Part shown: positions 60,926 through 64,000 of the stretch, piece after piece
How positions within the stretch are numbered: position 1 is the stretch's first letter
Layout: every line of letters starts with the position of its first letter
Origin: an uncultured beta proteobacterium
GTDB lineage: Bacteria > Pseudomonadota > Gammaproteobacteria > Burkholderiales > Methylophilaceae
Assembly (NCBI GenBank): GCA_963701715.1
Contig: CAVPAX010000002.1
Location: 77,040-141,039 of the forward strand
Direction: 5' to 3'
DNA length: 64,000 nucleotides
The notes under the pieces: generated by a model
What the model was told of the DNA's origin: nothing
Seen by the model: only the letters and a program-made list of their open reading frames with translations
The model's database searches: none
Translations under genes and position numbers: made by a program

Positions 60926-62284
60926 ATGATGCAACGCTTTTTAGCAATCATAGCTACTATTACGTTAATTTTATTAACATCAACCGCTAATGCTGATGTC
61001 TGCAATAGAGGTATCGGCGGCACCGGTCATCAGCAGGACGGTATCGGTGGAACAGGACAACAAGCGCATGATGGTATTGGTGGAACGGGCATCGAAGCAT
61101 CAGACTCAGGCATTGGCGGGACCGGAGATTTGGCAAATGAGGGAATTGGCGGCACGGGTATTGTCGGTGTTATTACCGGATTTGCAAGTGTTTGCGTGAA
61201 TGGCCTTGAGGTACAGTATGACAACCAGACAATCGTAGATATTGATGGACAACCTGCTTCAATTAACGCGCTTAATATTGGACAAGTTGTAGCGATTGAA
61301 TCAAGCAATATGGGAAATCAGCTCAAAGCGCAGCATATTAGTGTCTCGCATATCATGGTGGGCAAAATAGAGAAAGTCGACTTAGCCCAAAACACCATGC
61401 AGATTATGGGGCAAACAATTAAACTTAGCCGCAGCACCTTAGGCAGCACTGATTTAAAACCAAATCGAACAGTAAAACTAAGCGGCTTAGTATCCAAAAA
61501 CAACCTTGTGCATGCATTACGGGTAGATCTTGCTGCACCTAATACGCCCTCCCTAATAGCTGGCACTGTCGATCAATCAGGCAAAATCAATGGCATCAAT
61601 GTAATATCCAACAATCGGTTAAATGTTGGTCGCAACCTTCAGGTAAGAGGACATTGGAACGGTCGTGCTTTGCAAGTCAACCAAATTAAAGAGAGCGCAA
61701 TGCAGCGCGTGATTAAGGGAGCTGAAAACGTAGTCATTCAAGGGATTGCGCCAACGCTATCGGAACGCAAGCTTAACGTGCAAAATCAAACCGTTAATAT
61801 TGATGCTAACACCAAAATCAAAGGGGTAATCTCCAGTGATAATCAGACAATTATCGTGCGCGGCAAGATAGACCACGCAGGTAATATCAATGCACGTACC
61901 ATTGAATATTTATCTGAAGATAAAATTTTAGAACGTGGCGGAAGCAAGCAACGCCCAGACAGCACTGATACTATTAAATCAAACTCTGTTAAAGAGCGTT
62001 CTGATCGTGAGGTAAGCACTGTTGAGAAAGTAGAAATTGAAGATAAAGTCGAAAAGCCTGAGCTTGCCGAAAAGCCTGAGCTTGCCGAAAAGCCTGAGAA
62101 AGTTGAAAAGCCTGAGAAAGTTGAAAAGCCTGAGAAAGTTGAAAAGCCTGAGAAAGTTGAAAAGCCTGAGAAAGTTGAAAAGCCTGAGAAAGTCGAAAAG
62201 CCTGAGAAAGTTGAAAAGCCTGAGAAAGTTGAAAAGCCTGAGAAAGTTGAAAAGCCTGAGCATATTGAACGGCCCGAGGATTAA
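60926..62284 (+). CDS. Secreted DUF5666-like protein with GIGGTG repeats and a C-terminal EKPEKV repeat
   Basis: Signal peptide; five GIGGTG; G.ITGFASV.VNG; repeated small beta-domains. Confidence 0.72.
   Translation: MMQRFLAIIATITLILLTSTANADVCNRGIGGTGHQQDGIGGTGQQAHDGIGGTGIEASDSGIGGTGDLANEGIGGTGIVGVITGFASVCVNGLEVQYDNQTIVDIDGQPASINALNIGQVVAIESSNMGNQLKAQHISVSHIMVGKIEKVDLAQNTMQIMGQTIKLSRSTLGSTDLKPNRTVKLSGLVSKNNLVHALRVDLAAPNTPSLIAGTVDQSGKINGINVISNNRLNVGRNLQVRGHWNGRALQVNQIKESAMQRVIKGAENVVIQGIAPTLSERKLNVQNQTVNIDANTKIKGVISSDNQTIIVRGKIDHAGNINARTIEYLSEDKILERGGSKQRPDSTDTIKSNSVKERSDREVSTVEKVEIEDKVEKPELAEKPELAEKPEKVEKPEKVEKPEKVEKPEKVEKPEKVEKPEKVEKPEKVEKPEKVEKPEKVEKPEHIERPED
62051..62266 (+). repeat. 18-bp coding tandem repeat (12 units, GAAAAGCCTGAGAAAGTT)
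   Basis: 2x EKPELA, 9x EKPEKV, 1x EKPEHI. Confidence 0.97.
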
Positions 62285-62349
62285 TGCTTCGGTTCATTCT
62301 CTTTGGCACAATAGTATCAGTCAAGTATAAAATACAAACTAAAATAATA

Positions 62350-63120
62350 ATGAAAAAATTAACATTTATAGCTCTAGCGATCACATTCAATCTAGATGCC
62401 ATAGCAGCTGAAGCCAAGCTTGGATTCACTACCGGGTTAGATTATAGCTCTGGAAAATATGGACAATCTGAAGTAACGAAAATCAAATACGTCCCCTTTA
62501 CTGGCAAGTATGAACTGGGTCGCTGGCTAGTAAGAGTAACCGTACCATGGCTAGAAATTGACGGGCCCGGAGGGGTTACTGGCGGTGAAAGTAAAATAAT
62601 CATCGAGGAAAATATCAACAAACACACACGAGAGTCTGGTCTAGGTGATATTGTCAGCAGCTTAACTTATACTGCTTTTCAATCCGAAGATCAAAAATTC
62701 ATTCTTGATGTTGGTGGAAAAGTTAAATTTGGAACTGCTTCTGTCACAAAAGGACTCGGAACCGGTGAAAATGATTACGCTTTACAGCTAGACGCATATC
62801 AAATGCTCGACAGGCTAACTTTATTAGGTACCATTGGCTATAAAAAAATGGGCAATCCGGATCATTCAGAGTACAAGTTAGATAATGTTTGGTATGGTAC
62901 CGTTGGTGCTGCTTACAAAATAAATGCATTAAACAGTGCCGGCTTGTTGCTGGATTTGAGGCAAGCCGCATGGAGATACAACTCAAACATCCGTGAATAC
63001 ACACTCTACTACTCACATAGATTTAATCCAACCTATAACTTACAATCTTATATAACTGCTGGTGACACCAAATCTAGCGTTGATTTAGGCGCTGGACTAA
63101 TGTTAGGCGTAAGTTGGTGA
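62350..63120 (+). CDS. Putative outer-membrane beta-barrel protein
   Basis: Signal peptide, DYSSGKYG, SGLGD, KFGTAS..KGLGTGENDY, C-terminal aromatic (GVSW). Confidence 0.7.
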   Translation: MKKLTFIALAITFNLDAIAAEAKLGFTTGLDYSSGKYGQSEVTKIKYVPFTGKYELGRWLVRVTVPWLEIDGPGGVTGGESKIIIEENINKHTRESGLGDIVSSLTYTAFQSEDQKFILDVGGKVKFGTASVTKGLGTGENDYALQLDAYQMLDRLTLLGTIGYKKMGNPDHSEYKLDNVWYGTVGAAYKINALNSAGLLLDLRQAAWRYNSNIREYTLYYSHRFNPTYNLQSYITAGDTKSSVDLGAGLMLGVSW

Positions 63121-63264
63121 CAGAGCAAATAGATTTATAAGTTACCTAAACACCCTACAAGAAGAAAACTCATTCGGGAAGTCTATTTTAGGATAATTTT
63201 ATTGAACTTTTTGTTAAAAATAAATACATAATTAGGTACCTTAAGTCTTCTTACTAGGATTAAT

Positions 63265-63543
63265 ATGATTACACGTCTAATTTCCATATTCAGCTTGATC
63301 ACATTACTTGGCGGGTGCGCATCGGATCCTTTAGCCGAGCAAAAACAGGCAATAAAGCTGATGGAATACAAAATACAGGTACATGGTCCGGCCTGTGAAA
63401 AACTGGGGTTCGAAAAAGATACGAATGGATGGCGAGAATGTATACAGAAAGAGTATGAGCAGGCCGTGATTCGCCAGCAGTATCGACAGAACTATCCTTA
63501 CTGGAATCCTTACTACGATCGACCTTACTATTACCGTCGTTGA
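63265..63543 (+). CDS. Small hypothetical lipoprotein
   Basis: Lipobox LGGC; GPACEKLGF...WRECI; Tyr/Pro-rich tail. Confidence 0.75.
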   Translation: MITRLISIFSLITLLGGCASDPLAEQKQAIKLMEYKIQVHGPACEKLGFEKDTNGWRECIQKEYEQAVIRQQYRQNYPYWNPYYDRPYYYRR

Positions 63544-63699
63544 TTCTCTGGCATTGAAATAGTAGAACAGGCGGTACTGTGTCAGTTTTGCCTTAAGGCT
63601 ATTTTGCCATCTCTCACATGCACTCATTCACTCATCGTCCAACCGAGCAGCGCTCGGCTGGACGAACCCGATTTTCAGGTTCTCATCAACTAATTCTGC

Positions 63700-63737
63700 A
63701 AACAAAAATACCACCGTCAAGGTGGTATTTATTGTTT
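63700..63737 (-). terminator. Terminator immediately downstream of ssrA
   Basis: AAACAAAAATACCACC-GTCAA-GGTGGTATTTATTGTTT hairpin abutting the CCA end. Confidence 0.75.
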
Positions 63738-64000
63738 GGTGGAGCAGGCGGGAATCGAACCCGCGTCCGCAAGCCCTCCACAGACAGTTCTACATACTTA
63801 GCCTGGTTGTTTAGTTTGATCTTGCATGCACCAACCGACAAGCATCTGCAAGACGAGTTACCTTAAGGTTAATTCTACGCTAAGTAACCCAACGTAAAAC
63901 GTATCCCGTGTATATGACGCTGCGATGGTTTTTAAGGCCACCCACCCCACGGGAGAGATGGTGCAGCGTCCAGCCGGTATTAAGCGGCTAGAGCGTAAGT
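63737..64000 (-). ncRNA. ssrA: tmRNA, 3' part (5' end beyond the window)
   Basis: Minus strand ends GGACGCGGGTTCGATTCCCGCCTGCTCCACCA (T-arm + CCA); tag frame ...ACT TAC GCT CTA GCC GCT TAA (TYALAA*) at 64000-63980. Confidence 0.97.

Noticed and set aside
61979-62429. ORFs with LRLFNF / QAFQLS / KLKSLR repeats
   Set aside because: Alternative-frame readings of the 18-bp VNTR
63618-63866. 82-aa plus-strand ORF
   Set aside because: Antisense to tmRNA and its terminator

Overview
This window looks like chromosome from a methylotrophic betaproteobacterium (Methylophilaceae/Methylotenera-like, inferred from gene content). Bases 1-47,150 are mostly housekeeping and C1 genes: H4MPT/methanofuran cofactor genes, purA-hisZ-hflCK-hflX-hfq, gltX, an RND pump, a frameshifted rimO, rluD/bamD, the ndk-to-der operon, fhcBADC and trhO. 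Bases ~47,300-63,600, between trhO and the 3' end of tmRNA, are an accessory extracellular-electron-transfer locus of the PCC3 porin-cytochrome type. It encodes a di-heme-b-like inner-membrane protein, a 27-heme cytochrome, a giant Thr-rich cytochrome, a TPR/beta-barrel porin and a CcmH/CycH-like maturation factor. By hand count the giant cytochrome has 69 CxxCH motifs. It is built from nested 141/282/1143-bp tandem repeats and is split by a single-base frameshift. A divergent operon encodes a membrane-anchored, apparently circularly permuted ferredoxin-TrxR-fold flavoprotein, a DUF6502-like HTH protein, a DUF5666-like protein and a beta-barrel. A 17-bp GTG-N11-CAC palindrome recurs at three intergenic sites of the locus, two of them at near-consensus sigma70 promoters. 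Family assignments come from recognising motifs by eye; no database searches were run.
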